From the NCBI GenBank assembly GCA_973895155.1, contig OZ316896.1, positions 13,124,549 through 13,188,548 of the forward strand: DNA of 64,000 nt, in the 5' to 3' direction. This DNA comes from Marsupella aquatica (taxonomy: Eukaryota > Plantae > Marchantiophyta). Below are positions 40,803-54,075 of the stretch, piece by piece. The notes beneath the pieces were generated by a model. That model saw only the letters and a list, made by a program, of their open reading frames with translations. It did not search any database and had not been told where the DNA came from. A program made the position numbers and the translations under genes. Within the stretch, counting starts at the first letter, position 1, and each line of letters opens with the position of its first letter.

Positions 40803-41030
40803 TGTCCCCCAAACAAAATTATCATCAACCCGCCCCCCATTTTGTATTTAACTTAGTAAAAATTTGTCCACAGATTCCATTTTGTATTTAACTTAGTATT
40901 AACTTGTATACAGATTCCCATTGTGATGTTTGGGACACAGGTTAGTAAAAAACTGTTTCATTTAATACACTAGGCGGCTAAGCTGTTTCAATTAATACAT
41001 ACCTAGAAGAATTGTCATGTTTGGGGGACA
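40803..41030. mobile_element. Small AT-rich inverted-repeat element (Stowaway-like MITE candidate)
   Basis: Perfect 13-bp inverted repeat TGTCCCCCAAACA (40803-40815) / TGTTTGGGGGACA (41018-41030) with internal short duplications; outer ends degenerate. Confidence 0.45.
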
Positions 41031-42480
41031 GGATAGTAAAAATCTGTTTCAATTAATATATAGCTAGGCAGCTAGTCTCTCGTTGCTCTTGTTGTGGGGT
41101 ACTTTCCTTTTCCCCTTGAATGGGGTCAGGAACCCGCTTTCATTATTCAAGAAGGTTATATGGATACCGTTTGAAAACTCACACCTGAACATTTTCTTAA
41201 AGCTCTCCGAGACAAGTTTGCATGGCTGCAAAAATCGCTTCCATTTTGGTAGCGTTTAAAGGAAGATCATCTATCACATAGCCTATTCTTTGTCAATTTG
41301 AGTAGCAATTCAAGTCTGTTGCCGCAAGCTAGGGTCCCGATCCATTCAGAGGGAGGAATTAGCAAAGTATTTAGTAAAAGGTGCTCTCAGAATGTTTCAG
41401 TGTGAAATCCTAGATTAGAGAGTTGTCGTAGTAAATTGGGAAAGAGTGATTACAGGTCCAGTATAAACCCTAGATTAGACTGCAACAAGAGAAATGTAAC
41501 GATGACGCTGATGGCAATTTTGGATCAACATGGCAAGAAGGATAAAAGCTTCATCTGGTAGAAGATACAAGATAAGAGACCATGAACTAAAAGCCATAAC
41601 TGAATTCAACTCCCTATTCTTTCAACGCGTATCACATATCATCCTCCCCATATGCATCATAACAAAAACCATCTTGGATATAGTTATCGAGATATATTGC
41701 AATCAGTCTTCCTGTAAAATAGTGTAGACAACTAAGAAATGACATCCAGTCGCATTTTTCTTAGAAGGGAGAAAGTAGTTGGCTTATGAACATGGCCATT
41801 TCGTCACCACAATTTACAGTGGAATGGTGGCAATCGATGCCTTGCATCATTACTCGTTTTTACAGTGGCCGAGGGTACGAGGCAGCGTGCAATGGCCCTC
41901 CTCGACAAAACAGAAAAAGAGAAACAGGATCCAAAACACGCACGTAGCAATTGCAGACACTGAGTCCTCGCAAAATGCAAAACTAACCTGGCGATCTCAG
42001 GCCTTGAATCTTTCCAGTTGAAGTCCCCTCTATCCTATAGGTTCAATGGTCAATCAGGTCACTCTCGTTCCTTTTAAGGGGAAGGCTGAGTAGGACAAAG
42101 AGGTTCTTCAAGACCGAGAACTGTTGTCCTTTGAAGCTAAAAAAGCCAACTTCGACACGAGCTTCGACAACTTTATCCGCACGGTGAGTGACGGATTAGG
42201 TGACTTCAACACCTTCCAGACGTAATGTTATGATCCATCCTGCGTTTTTTGTATCTTCACTGGGTCACCGGTTCAAACAATCTATTACACGTCTGCTTTG
42301 CAATGTCTTCAACCGAGCCTGAAGCTGTTGTCATTCGCCCTCAATGTCTCCGCTTTGCAGCTTTAGATTCAGCCAGACCTCACTTGGTCAGTGGTTCAAT
42401 CGTCTCTCAAATGTGCTACGACCTGTTTGCAGAGTACCACCTGCGTTTTCAGAGATCTTGATGGAGCGTGCCAAAGAACT

Positions 42481-45400
42481 CTAGGATGGAGCGTTGTCTC
42501 TGTGGCCATGAGAGTCCTGAACCCTTCGTGAGCTCCTTCTCAATGGATTCTTACTTGGGGAGGGAGAAGGGGATGAACGTCCTGAGTTTTGAGCGCTTCT
42601 GTCATGACCCGGAGTGCCAGATCCGCCGGGAAGAGTTTGAGAACGAACAATCATGTCTGTCATAGAGGTAGTTTGATACTCCCGGCTATTGTTGTCACTA
42701 AAGTCGCCCCTTGTGGTTGCACGCTGGCGGAAATGAGAGCTCTGTGCTGAGAGAATGTAAGCTCGACCAGTCCTCTCGTAAATTTGCCGGTTGGCCACCC
42801 TTAACTGGATCTCTGTCAGTTCGGAATCCAAGCTAACGGAGAGTTGATCACCAGCCTGAGAGAACATCCAGGGGACACCATCATTTCTATGCACTACCAA
42901 CATTTTAGTCATAGACAGATTCCTAGTGTTCTTGACATCAATGCAAGAGTGCCAATTAGCAATTATCGGAAACACCCGAAGGAAACAAATCATGAAACAC
43001 AACCTCGTCGAAAACAACAAGCAACAATTCAGTCACTTCGATAGCTCTGAAAGCAAGGACACAGTAAACACAAAGCCACGACCAGCGCTACAATAATACC
43101 GCTATGAGGATAACTAGACATTCGTTGCCGAATTTTCAAAAGTGCGCCATTGAGGTAGAATTAGTGTTTGATCCTTAGTTACATCAGATAGCGACACACC
43201 GACACAATCAACATGACCATGGAAGTTTGGAGTTGGGTTCTCACCTGGAAGGCCAACGAGCTGTGCAACGAATCCTTTGCCCTCGTTAGTATCTGCTGTG
43301 CAGCTGAGATCTCACCATTATCCGCCAAGTGACCTGCTGCCAGGATACATTGTGCAATATCAACTCGATTCCTCTGTCTATCGACCTCCAGGCTAATAGA
43401 CTGCGAGGCAGGGTCTACAACTTCAGGTCGAGAGATTTGCACGTCTGTAGGAGAAGTTTGGTGCAGTTCACTGGAAACAGGGTCACGGAAGGAACATGAC
43501 ACGGAAAGCACTGTTGATGTATTATTCAGAGAATTCTCCTCAGAATTTGGGACGGCAGGAAGCTTCACCTCCAGAAGTATATCCCTTTCCTCTTCGGCAT
43601 ATACATCCCCAAGCGTCACCTTACCGTAGCTTCCATTCTCACTGATCGAAGTCTCATAACTTCCAGCTTGAATACTCTTTATCTGAACTCCCGAACCTAT
43701 AGTAGTGATTGACAGGTTGGTGTTTTGGGAGATAACACTGAGGAGTCCCCCAATGCACTGGGCAAAGGCATCCTGCACCGCTCCTTCTGCTTGAATGAAA
43801 GAGAAAGTCCCGCCTGATACCTCCGATATGGAATGCATAGTAGCTGCATCATGATCTGCACCGAAACCAAAAGTATGCACTGGCACTTGAACTCCTCCAT
43901 ATCTACGATGACGCATTGATCCTGGAAGAAGTCGTCTGCCATCAATGGAACTAGAGCTAATATTAGTGCGAGCGGTAGCTAACCCTGAAAATTGACCTCT
44001 GCTTCCAATCGTGTAGGTATCCTGCCCATCGGAGAGCAGCATGATACTGGCGACTGGATTCTTCATCCTCCGATCTTCAAGCATCTTTGCACCTTTCTTC
44101 AACCCATCAGCTATGTTGGTGCCACCAGTGGAGACCAAGGAATCGACACATCTGAGAGCATGCCTCCGTCCATCCTCCACCATTCTTTTCAGAGGAAACA
44201 GCCTCCTAGCGGAGGATGAGAATGCCACCACCGAGAGACGGTCTGCCGGACTCAAGTTCCGAATTACAAATGCCATGGCTCGCTTCAAAAGTACCAGCTT
44301 TGTGCCTGCCATGCTTCCACTGATGTCCAGCACTGTGACCAGATCCAGCGGAGCTCGGGTACTGGGGTCTAAGACCTGTGCTGCAGAAAGGTCGCCGTAC
44401 AAGCTGCTGGCCACCACATTACCTTGCTCTTCACTACTGTTATCTCTTCTTTCAACCCCTACTTGCCCTTTATTGCCAGCTGAGGATTTCAAGTGTATCA
44501 GCACTGTGAATGTATCTCTTTCCTCGGAGGCTGGCACAGCCAGGACCTCTGGGTGACAAGTTATCACAATCTCTTCACTCCTTGTTTTGGTGTGGGGAGA
44601 AGGAGACACATCTCTCATCTCACATTCTCCCCCATTCTGCCTAGACAAACCTTGCTCATCAACCTCTGTTTGCCTACGGCCTTCAGATCCTTGAGCTCCA
44701 TCTTCTGGAATTCCTCCTACGCCAACCGCTCCCGCAAGAGTCTGCCCATTGCCTGCAGAGTTCTCCCTCTCCCCACCCAAAGCAGGAGCTGGAGCAGCAG
44801 GAACCTCTAGAGAAGCAGGCAAACTCAAAGGTTCGTCATCATCAAACATAGTGGGCTCGTGAGAGCGACCTTGGCGAAATCCTTGAGAGCTCGCTATGGA
44901 CTCGTCCAAGATTCTTATGATAGGATCCGGGCGTGATCGCTGATCATCCTCCTCATCTGGGCTGATCTCTCCTGTGATGGACACCCTGCTTGTTGTACAT
45001 TGTAAATGATCCAGTAAGAAATCAACTGAAAGAATGCGAAGCAAAGTTCAATTGCATAGGCAAAAACTTGGTTAGTAACAGAAGACAATGTCAAGTCTGC
45101 CATTTACGCATCACTCAGATGGCATTCACAATTTGCCGTCACTCAGTCTCTAATACAAGCCATGAGATCCCGAAAGTAATTGAGGCGCTCACAATTTTGC
45201 TTCCAAACTTTGTTCCATGTACCTTCCAAAGTTAGGTCCCATCATATGGTAAAATTCTACGTTCTTCAGATCAGAAGCAAGTCGAAGACGAGTCCGTTGG
45301 GGCTCTAAAAGCATTGCGAAAAGACAAACTTTTTGGCGAGAGAAAGGTCACCACAATTGCACCAATTACAACTGTTCTACCAAGAACTCAGCTTCAAAAA

Positions 45401-47584
45401 GAGATCTCCGAAAATTTTACCTGGAATTTGAACGATGCGCCCTCCTGTTTCGGCCTCCTGGAGCCCAGTTTAAAAATTCGCTGAATGAGGGCAAGTCTGC
45501 GGGTGCTTGCCATGGGACATCTTTCCACTTGGCACGGCAAACGGGACAAACTAAGTTCCCATGACGAACATTTGAAGCAATGCATGAGAAATGAAATGTG
45601 TGACAACACTCCGCCGTGAAGAGAGCATGGCCATTGCCAGGCTTCATACTTTCCAGACATATTGCACATGAGACCTGCAGACAGAAATTATATCAATACT
45701 GCAACAGTAGACTTCTCAGCGTTATAATCCTGAGCACACATTGACGACTTCGCACAAATTTTCACAAAGACTAGACTCCCGGACAATCTATGTACGCGAG
45801 ATATGACCAGAATCAGCAAAGTTCACATAGAATCAATCCCGCAGAAACTAACTCGACTACAGAGAAAAGGGACACAAAGAAGAAACCTCAAGGAACTTCA
45901 AAAGGGAGATTATCTTCGAACACATGTACCAAATAGAAATGACGTATGAAAATTGACATGGTTTATACTCCAAAATAAGACCTCAAGGACCATACAATAA
46001 CTCAGGCCCGGCATGGATGACGAAACGTGTCAAAGGGTCGTACTGGACTGAACTACTAAACAGGGTCCCCAGTAAGAGCTCTAAAAAGAGATGAAAGAGT
46101 AAAATAACCTCCAATAAAACTTAAGTACATCCAGACTTGATGATCTTACAAGACAAAGGTGTGCGGGAATCTATTATAGTGGAGGTTGCGGGCAGTAGCA
46201 CTAGATATCAGAAATAACATACCCTGGACCAATATCTTGACATTCTGAAGGTCGTGATATCTTGGGGCAAGGATGGATCCTGTGAGCTTCCAGGGTTGCT
46301 ACTAAACTGTCTGCACGTCGGTAAACCAACTAAATCCTTCGACATAGTGGGAGACGAAAATTCAAAAAGAGGAATCAAACTATCTAGTTCAGCAAACGAG
46401 ATGGGATGGATCGTCTTATCGTCAGTGTTTTAGTTTTCGTAAAAAGCACCTACTCCAGAGACAAACCCCTGTTTTAGGCTCTACGGGCCAAACCGAGGAG
46501 TATGAATCAAAGAGCTCCTTTATGCCCGCTAATTTGTGTGGTAGCTTTATCAGAAACAGACCAAAAACTACGTCTGGGTGGCCAAAAATTCTAAGAAACA
46601 GCCCAGCTTCACGCTTTTCTCCAGAAAGGTCGAGCTCGGATGGACCAACGTCAGGGTACCGAAACTAACGAGATACTACAGTAAGGAATGAAGTACCGTC
46701 GATACGATCCAATATTCCACGAAGAGCATGAGATTTGGAAAAGTGGATACAAGCGTAGATCGGAAGCTGCTTAAATTGGCTTACTTTCTGCTGCGGGACG
46801 AATGAAATGCCCGCTTGCGGGCTCTACATCCACTGGGCAAGATGAAGGGAAGGAGAAGAGCATCTTTGAAGCACCAAACGCCGGAAAGAAGCCATTATCG
46901 AGGAACTTGGAGGGTCAAGCGGCAACCCATCATTCTTCGTAAAATGAAACGATTTCCGGAAGGTGGAGGTAACTTCGTTAGTACAGGAAAGTTGCATTGA
47001 AAAAAACCGTTGCCCAAAATCCCAGACGAAATGAGGCGGATCGTAGACGAGACGCAGAATTCCATGAAATGTGATCCAAATGCCCGGTCGCCCAATACAT
47101 GAGATAGGGCGGATCGCCCTGAACTCCTAAAACAGATTGGTGTACTATTGATAGGTAGAGAGTGGAATTTAATGGCCTCCTACTGTAGTTCCCACAGGGG
47201 TTGAGAGACTGACCTCAGCAACCAATGCACTAGAACTTGGGAAGTCTAGAAGACAAGAAGAATAGATAGCAGAAAAGACAAATGTCACAGCCATGCACGA
47301 ATCGACAAAGTTTCAGGTCACTAGTCTAGAGGATGGAGGTAGCCTACCCGTCGAATGCTTGTGCGAATAAGATTCAGTCGAGAAGAAGTCCTCAATCCAG
47401 GGGCAGGAGCAGGTAAAGCATTTTCCTGTGCCAGATCGGATATCAGCACTTCAGTATCTACTCCTGGAGATTCAGAGTTGGCTGGGACCCCCTCCCTTCC
47501 TGGATCGTCTCCTGGATTACGAAGAACCGAAACACATTGATTTAACCCTAGAGCCCTTCTCACTTTCCTCCACCCACTCCCCAT
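42481..47584 (-). CDS. RING-H2 zinc finger + von Willebrand factor A + Vwaint domain protein (putative E3 ubiquitin ligase, WAV3/EDA40-related), 4 exons, ~868 aa
   Basis: Exons 47584-47348 (MGSGWRKVRRALGLNQC...), 45674-45421 (CAICLESMKPGNGHALFTAECCHTFHFSCIASNVRHGNLVCPVCR), 44985-43245 (vWA: APLDLVTVLDISGSM, IMLLSDGQD, VHTFGFGADHD), 42855-42481 (GRAYILSAQSSHFRQRATTRG, YQTTSMTDM). Junctions GT-AG with phases 0, 2, 0; total 2607 nt. Confidence 0.93.
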
Positions 47585-49900
47585 TGGTTCACTCGGAACC
47601 GTTGTGTTTTGACCTTCACTGATCTGTTGAAAGAAGCCCAGTTGCTTTAATCAGGAACAAGAACTGCAGTGCCTACTGAAGCACTCTGCAGCTTTCAACA
47701 TTGGGTGCTGGCTCGTCAGACAAATCTGTAATTCCCTTATTCGACACCTCTACTTGGCTTACAGACTGAGCACATGTGCCGGAAAAACACCTCCAACCAG
47801 AGGTCATACGACGAAGACCCTCGCCCAAACTCGACCTCTTGCCGAAGATCTCCCCAATCTCGAAGATTGACTATTTCAAATCACGTTAACTTTCTCATCG
47901 TCAGCCACTATAGGAACCCACCACAATTCGCTCTGCTGCTCTAGGGACTGAAGGTAAGCCCACCTTCCCATGGCTGAATTTGGCAGCCATTGTTGACAAG
48001 TGAACTGTAGTCAGCTATGCAAACCAATACACTCCACCGCGTGAATCTAAATTCTGATTACTTGCGACAATACTGCGCGATTCCTTGCAGACTCGCAGTC
48101 CAGATGATGTCGGCGCGGACAACCTTAAATCTCATAGTTGCTTGAATGCGTTACGCCTTTCGTCCCTGCCACATGACATTGGCACCGTAATCATTGTCAT
48201 ATACGAACCCAGATGCACATCTGTTGACACCTGATCCCTCTTTTTATATCGCCTGGGAAGCCAGGATGGCTATGCAATCAGTCAATCGTAATCGAATAAC
48301 CAATCACTCACTCACTGACCAACTTATCAAGACTACCACAAGGAGCTCGCGCCTCACGAGCATGCCTTAGGAAGAGAAGCCAGAAGGATCAATCAAAACG
48401 TGAGCTGCATGAAATTCTGTGAGCTCACGAGCTCACATGCTCTTCGATAGAGCGATTTGGTGTTCGAGGAAAGGTTTACTTCAGGATCAACCGAGAGGAT
48501 TAACAAGCAGTGAACAGAACGAACTGAGTATGACTCTAAAAGTAGAAGTCTAACTGCATGGATCAGAACGCTGAGCTATGCCACCATGGCTATACCAAGA
48601 GAAGCAGAGGGCCTTGCTACAGACCAGCAGACATCCTCAGAAGTCTGGAATGGACATTTCAGAGTCGCATTTTGCGTGGTGTAGTACAAACGCACGGGGA
48701 GGGTTGACAATTCGACACGACGGAACAAAACAAGTGTCCAGTCAGCTGTTAGGACATCACCGACTGGACGGTTGTCGTCTTAAACTGGCTCAAGTGATAT
48801 GAATCTGCCTCAGTTATTCTGCCATAGAAGCATCAGTAACTAACCATCAAAAGAGAACATCCTCAAAGGCGAGGAGAAGAAATTTCAGGAAATTACAACG
48901 ACGAAGAGCTTGTATCCCTCAGTGCAACTTCTCCGTTGTCATCCGCTCCATAAAGCAGGTGACGCAACCACCGCAGAGTTGACAATTTGCTAGATGTACC
49001 TTCTTAGAACGCCTCTAATTGGCTCGAGAAATTTCAAAGAAGGAAAGCCGTCGACGGATGCGTCTTCGCACAATTCTTGAGCAAAGGCCAAAGTCATCAC
49101 TCTATTAGCAAACAGACCATGAATGGAACGGGCTCATGAGCTCATCAACAGACTGTACTGTTCCAACCGCAGCTCTGGAGTTGTATCACTCGACTTCTGA
49201 AAGTAAGTGGCTGACTGACTGTGAAAAGAAAACGCATGTGCGGCGCGGAATGAAAAGCTCATCATTGAAAATTTGTCCGTCTGCAAACGCAGGTCAGAAT
49301 GCGGCTGGCTGGCAGGGCACGAAAGACAATGGCAACAACCTCCGCCACCTCGAAAGCTTGCTCTGCTAGGGAGGATCCAGATGTGCAGACCGCAACCGAA
49401 GGGAGTACATGCTTTCCAGATTTTCGTTTCGTTTGTGATATTTTATTCAGGAGTAGCCCTGCAAGGACGAAGTCTCCAGCTACCTTTATTCTACAGTTAA
49501 CGCCATGTTCACGGATCTCATCGGGATCAGACTTTCGTTTCGATACCTACAGTAGTAGTAGTGCTCTGTTGGGACTCTACCAAAACACTTCGTTAAAGCA
49601 GCCTACCATAATCCCCGGCTCGCATTGCTGGCTTCTCCTTACGTCAGAATGTTGACCAACCACATGAGATCCCTGCGCACGCTGCTGTTACAGAATGATA
49701 TTAAATCCCTCCTCCTCATCCCCTTTTTTAACGCAATCATGACAGCTCTCGCTCTCCTCATGCGCGCTCTCTGATAATGATGCCTCACTCCACCATCCGA
49801 TCCAAAAACTGAGATTGAAGTGGGCTTTCCTGGGCCCCACTCTTCGCTTGTCTAAGTTGCTGCAACGACCTAACTAATCAAAGAATGGGTTCAGTATCAT

Positions 49901-50042
49901 TTCCATCAGGCCTGATTACTGCTGACTTGGTGACCAAAGTGGACAGGTTGGGAACGGAGAGTCTAACGTTGTTCCATCAGGCCTGATTACTGCTGACTTG
50001 GTGACTAAAGTGGACAGGTTGGGAACGGAGAGTCTAACGTTG
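49901..50042. repeat. 71-bp tandem duplication
   Basis: TTCCATCAGGCCTGATTACTGCTGACTTGGTGACYAAAGTGGACAGGTTGGGAACGGAGAGTCTAACGTTG twice with one mismatch. Confidence 0.95.
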
Positions 50043-50299
50043 TGTTGCTACTGGTACTCAAACAAACACTGGAGTTTGTCCGTGAGCTCCCCCTGAAGCT
50101 CTCTCCCATGGTCTGTTTAATTAATGGGCTTTGTTCATCTTGATTTACGGCCTGACTCGATCTTCGACGGATTTGTCAAGTTGACGTCATAGGGTTGACG
50201 ACAATTGCCATTCCATAATCCATGGAATCCCGGAGGAAATCCTATCCTACAGACTTGCTTATCTTGTGAGCATCATAATGATGGAAGAAGTCGCTGCCG

Positions 50300-51170
50300 C
50301 AAGATGTATTGTCGTCGTCAGGTAAGTTTACGAGCTCACGCTACAGAACTGTGGTCACCATTCATTTGAAGGCCTTTTCAAGCGCTCCAAATCTCCAATC
50401 CTCTAATCGAGTGGGGGACTGGGTAATTGAGGTTTGGACGAAGATTGGGGCAAGATTGTTGCTAACAGACAAAATTCATAATTTGACTTGTGCCAAGACT
50501 TGACAAAATTTGTTGTCTTCGAACAATTCGACGACCGTCTTCATCGCCGCCTTGCTGCACATTGCATGTGTATTTATCCTAGATTGCCTTTCTTAAAACG
50601 GACTTCGTGCGTGCGATTGCGTGTGGGACGGACTTGAGTGCCCTTCTCCCAAACACAGTTGCCCTCGGGTCGCTTAATTTAGAATTCTCTACCCTAGCTT
50701 ATCTCGATCAGACGAGGAAGAAACCCGGATGGTGCGTACATCTGCCCGGCACCTCCCTATCGATTGCTCGCATCATCGACCTTGACCTGCTGCTCTATCC
50801 CTCACAGGTTTCGTCCCCCATCATTATTGACTCTTCTCGATGTCATTCGAGTTGATCGACCTTTCAAGGCTTAAAACATTGAACGAGCGAACGAATCTGT
50901 CAAAGATGGCATTCTTGGATAATTATGGCACCGAATCCCTGGGAGCTTTGGGGTTTGATCGCCTAGTTGACACAGGTTCTTTCGACGATGACTCAAAGTA
51001 GTGGATGAACATCTGAGGTAGCCGTAACCTATGAGAATCAATCAGGCCTAGCTCTGTACACTGTAGAATGATGTACAATCATGGCCCACCGGCCCCACGA
51101 CTGTCTCAAGGCGCAGTGCTTTCCTGTTCTTATCAAACTCCTCACACGGATGGAAGCTGTGGCAGGACCG
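50300..51170 (+). mobile_element. Highly decayed LINE ORF1 (DUF4283 + zinc-knuckle-like) remnant
   Basis: Ordered motifs across shifting frames: RVGDWVIEVWTKIG, KFVVFEQFDDR, KKPGWCVHLPG (cf. PVWVxLPG), LIDLSRL (cf. VDLSKPL), and a degenerate CF/SCSYQTPHTDGSC knuckle. Confidence 0.4.
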
Positions 51171-53319
51171 CAGGAGCTAGAGTAGTAATAAGTAGGGACT
51201 TTAAAGCAGGTGGTAAAAAACCGAGCTCGCATTTACAAAGTGGACGGTGCTCTCCTGGCAATTTGCGGGGCGATGCAATTTCTTGACGTCTCCACACTCC
51301 ACCCGAACGACTGGGATGCCCCGAACTCGTAACTTACAGATTGCAGAATGCAAAGCTCTTCTCAAGGGATTTTTTCCCAGCTCTGTACTGACTGTATCGC
51401 ACGAATTTCAGCCCCGAGAAGTTGGTAGCTGCCATCGCCGAGGGTTTGCTGAGCTCGGGTTAGGGATTTGCGCAATCCCTAAACTGAAATTGAAATTGGA
51501 GCGACTTTTCCTTCGTTTGAAAACATTTTAAAATATACAAACGAAGAAATTCGATTATTCGAACGCCCGAAACTTGAAATTAATGATGAGTTATTATTAT
51601 GAGTTGACTTCCTTATCGAGGTGGATGCTCAGTACATCCTGCGCTACTATGTCTTTAGTTCACACTCCATGTAATAAATCTGATTGATAAGTGGTAAACC
51701 CACTTGTGATTTTTCGTTCGTTAATTCTATGTAAGGTTTTGAAGCATTACGCTCTGAGTGAGGCCATGGAACCTGTGCCAGCCTGGCCTAGGGATTGTCA
51801 AGTTTATTAAATGAGAATGCCCAAATGCCAAACAGCTATGAAAATAGTTTTGCAGCGTAAAGGTGAACTAAGTGCTCAAAAATCTACTTGGGGGCCTGTG
51901 TGCAATGACTCATCTCCGTTTGGGGATAATGGGCTACAACCCCCTTAGGCTCACTGCCCTCGGAGGCTACATTCCATTACCCTCTCTTGGGGATGAATTG
52001 CCTTACTGAGTATTATTAACCTGTACTTGATAAGTGAAGCACTGGCAATATCGTACACTGGGTATTTTTTGGTGATCAAGGACATTTGCACAAATGGCAA
52101 TGGCAAATGCGCAAGCGGCAAAAACACCCCACCAGACTAATCATATGGACATGTTTACACTGTTAGAACTTGTAAGATCAAATCTGCAGTATCAGATATT
52201 GGCTAGTTAAACAAGCCTAGCTATACTTGGAAATTAAACACAAAAATTTAGTTAACAATTTTTTAAGGAAAGCTACATTCTGTAATCTGGTAAGAGTGAA
52301 CCTCTACACCAGGATTCATTCTGCATCGTTACTAGGGTCTGGAGGTGGTGGCAAGTTTTGGGGTGAGGCAATGGTTGAGGAAAGGCAATGGGGTGGAGAA
52401 TGGCCTGAGCAAAACTCTAGCATTCAGGCTATAGTCAAAATAAATGCCTTGGTACCATTTGCTACTAGTCTCACTAGTTCCTGTTTTGGCAAATTTGTCA
52501 GTAAAAATTATCCCTGCTTTGCACTGATAGATCTTGCTTGGGGATCCTTGAGGTTTGCACTATGTGATAAGTATAACATGTATGCTCTTTGCGCTAATTG
52601 GAATGTTGCATGATCCTCGTGCCTTCTTAACTGTAAAATACCTGGGATAATGGTCATTGCACACCAAAAACGGAGAAACATATTAAGAATACACAGATAC
52701 ATGTTAGGAATACTCAGTGAAGTTAATGATTTTAATAGAATAATAGGGTTTATCATGGTATGGAGTGACATAATACACCTTGCATTGTCACATTTTGACA
52801 TGCAATTAGTGGTATGTCAACATTTCCCATTGAGACTCACACCCTGTTTTATAACTGCAACATTATACACTAGGAGAAAAGCATAGACAGCTATCATAAC
52901 TGTTTTCGACCACGTAACAACTCTTTCTTACAAGTGCATCCCGTCTTACAGGAACAGTTTGCACTGATGATTTTGTCGTCTAGTGGTCTCCTGGAAACCT
53001 CAAAACGCTTGTAAAAGGTGCAATGAGACTACAAAACTGTTGGGAAAAAAGGAAGAACGATTGCCCTTGCAGTAACCAGATTTTGCACTTAGACAGAGCG
53101 GACTGTGCGAAGTACTCAATAAAACCTACTGTACAGTCGTGGATGCAGAAATCCCAACTACCCTTGTAAATGATTCTGGAGTTACCGTAACTTACTCGCT
53201 CCCAAGTTCCAACTGAGCGTGTCAATAAATGATTGTACGGGATAGCATAGGTGTGCATTTATGATGCAACTGCTCTTCAACCTTCATTGCGTTTGCTTAT
53301 ATTATAGCACCAGTCCAGA

Positions 53320-54075
53320 CCAGCCATGTCTTTTTCTCATTTTGGGAAAGGAGTGTGAGTTGTGGGAGGTGTCCGCATTTCTAGCGACAGTAGGCCGAGA
53401 CCCCTTTTCTCCCTCATTTTGGTAAAGCTGTGTCAGCAGTAGGCGATGGCCCCAAGGAGTTTCTAGCTCAAAGGTCCAGACAAAAGCCAGTTTTTCTCAC
53501 TTTTGAAAAAGGGGTGTGAGGTGGCTTTACGAGGGGCCGGGGCACTTGTGACGTTTTTAACCCAACCAAACTGGAGGGCCAATTATTGTTCTGAACTCTG
53601 AAGATAGACTTGACAATAAAAATCTTTTGAAACGAAGTTCATTAAATGCAAATCTATAGCCCCATATTAGAAATGATTGGATCTAAAATTCTAGACAAAA
53701 TAAATATTTTTGGGGCTCACTATTTGCCATGTAAGATGATATAGACACAATACCTGAACAGGCCCTCTTGTAAAACCAACTGTAATGCTTTCCACTCATA
53801 TAAGGTCCAGATTTAATCTTAGACTGAATTCAAAAAGACAATGGACCCCACATCTTGTAAAGCCACGTTGAGTAACATGAGGTGGCCCCAAGGGATTTTA
53901 GCCCCAGCGTAAAGACCAGCCAGTTTTTGGCCCCAAGGCATTTTAGCTCGAGAGTAAAGACCAGCCAGTTTTCTCTCATTTGGGGAAAGGAGTGTGAGTT
54001 GTGGGAGGTGGGCCCAAGGATTTTTAAATAGCTGCAGAGTCTGGAACAGCCGTTTTTTGGTCACGTTGGTAAAGG
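53320..54075. repeat. Clustered degenerate repeat
   Basis: TTTTCTCATTTTGGGAAAGGAGTGTGAGTTGTGGGAGGTG-like units at ~53332, ~53405, ~53490 and ~53970. Confidence 0.7.

Noticed and set aside
42390-42483. Open frame continuing past the RING-vWA stop (readthrough)
   Set aside because: Only ~30 codons, and the stop context is not a known leaky motif.
43992-44810. Plus-strand ORFs of up to 171 aa
   Set aside because: Antisense shadows of the vWA exon.
53060-53150. DFALRQSGLCEVLNKTYC, resembling a retroviral env TM Cys loop
   Set aside because: Short, follows a stop codon, has no other env features and is implausible in this context; most likely chance.
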